From Candidatus Micrarchaeota archaeon (GTDB lineage Archaea; Micrarchaeota; Micrarchaeia; Anstonellales; Bilamarchaeaceae): 64,000 bases of DNA. Of the stretch, positions 63,064-64,000 are shown in pieces. The position numbers and the translations under genes are program-made. The stretch spans positions 1 through 64,000 of the forward strand of contig JBDRCX010000006.1 in the NCBI GenBank assembly GCA_043821365.1, given 5' to 3'. Positions within the stretch are counted from its first letter, which is position 1. Every line of letters begins with the position of its first letter. The notes under the pieces were generated by a model that worked only from the letters and a program-made list of their open reading frames with translations, searched no databases and was not told the origin of the DNA.

Positions 63064-64000
63064 ATGTGCAACTTATACCTAGAGGGTACAAGGGCAATAG
63101 TGGACTTAGCAAAATGTCCATATGAATTTGCCTCACCAGAGTTTCTTAATCTTCATCTAAAGGACCTCTCAACAACTGAATCACCAATAAAAACATTAAG
63201 GTATGAAGAGGAAATAGTTGTAGAACTTAATGAAGAAAAAACTGCAATCCTAACTCAATATGCTTCATTTATACGCCAATTGGAAACAATACTTTTGAAA
63301 GATGATATTTATGGATTACGACAGGATCCAGCATGTGACAATAGGCGCAAATTATTGAAAAGATTTTATGAATATGTGTTCCTCAACCCACAGATGGCTT
63401 CTCAACAACTCAGAGATTATAATGAACCTGAACCTGAAAAAGCTATTTTTGTCAAAGGATATCAAACATTCAAGGGATGGATCGCAGGTATTTTGAAAAG
63501 TTATGAAGTGACAAAACTCTATAATTTAGTTAAGAATACCGGAGATCTACGTGCAGCATTTCTTGAACTCGTTGGACTTAAGACTCTTTACTTTGTCCCT
63601 TCTTTGGTTTTAGGAATACCAAAAGATGCAGTTCCAATGAAAGGTCCTGAAGCAAAATATAGCCTTTCTTTTGGTGTTGATGTACAGATATATGAGATTC
63701 CGGGTGAAGAAGCATACTTATATGTCCAAGAAAACAAAGCCATAGATGGACTAAGTCCTGAACTCAATAAACTGTTGAAAACAACCATAAATGAACAATT
63801 CAAGGAAACGTTCTCAAATGTAGATTGGGACATATTAATGAATTTAAAAACAAGAGATTATCGTCAATACTTCATAGATAGAGCAGTTATGGAAGGGATA
63901 CCGATTACTCCACAACAGGCAATGGCCATGGGACACGAATGTGCTGCATGGGTTGTTGGTCTTGGTGCCCATATTGAGAACCTATCTCTGGATAAAGAAA
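63064..64000 (+). CDS. 5' part of a long CDS, probably a type II/IV secretion-system (VirB11/TadA-like) ATPase; runs off window end
   Basis: Open frame from ATG 63064 to the window end (MCNLYLEG...), ending VVGLGAHIENLSLDKE, which resembles the GLG.(L/I)E.L..D segment before the ATPase core. Walker motifs are not in the window. Confidence 0.5.
   Translation, partial: MCNLYLEGTRAIVDLAKCPYEFASPEFLNLHLKDLSTTESPIKTLRYEEEIVVELNEEKTAILTQYASFIRQLETILLKDDIYGLRQDPACDNRRKLLKRFYEYVFLNPQMASQQLRDYNEPEPEKAIFVKGYQTFKGWIAGILKSYEVTKLYNLVKNTGDLRAAFLELVGLKTLYFVPSLVLGIPKDAVPMKGPEAKYSLSFGVDVQIYEIPGEEAYLYVQENKAIDGLSPELNKLLKTTINEQFKETFSNVDWDILMNLKTRDYRQYFIDRAVMEGIPITPQQAMAMGHECAAWVVGLGAHIENLSLDKE

Noticed and set aside
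464-63833. Many antisense or nested ORFs in the track (e.g. 2076-2378, 6131-6610, 44058-44609, 60696-61148, 62315-62860)
   Set aside because: They are shadows of well-supported genes on the opposite strand, with Ser/Phe/Ile-rich composition typical of reverse frames.

Overview
AT-rich archaeal chromosome segment. A DPANN archaeon, probably Micrarchaeota-like, is inferred from DNA polymerase D large subunit, archaeal-type AlaRS/GlyRS, cupin PGI, GGTGA ribosome-binding sites, TATA promoters and intron-rich tRNAs. It contains a complete histidine operon (hisD, hisC-HAD fusion, hisB, G, H, A, F, IE) followed by hisS, plus Trk, ABC and MFS transporters, alaS, glyS, cysS, alaXM, polC, purN, guaA, rpiA, EndoQ and secF/secD. 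All six tRNA genes I found are interrupted (seven insertions). The strongest unexplained signal is a REP-like palindrome family (variable stem-TTTT-AGG/CCT-AAAA-stem, with a CCAAAAC-type tail). I saw seven copies, all inside introns or D-loop insertions of four tRNA genes and mostly flush against the exon junctions. The second is a minus-strand cluster of orphan genes (49.3-57.2 kb) with internal repeats, a shared 21-aa motif and a PP2C phosphatase fusion. A frameshifted LAGLIDADG gene lies next to the intron-containing initiator tRNA. All calls come from reading motifs by eye. No database search or folding program was run, so novelty is unverified.
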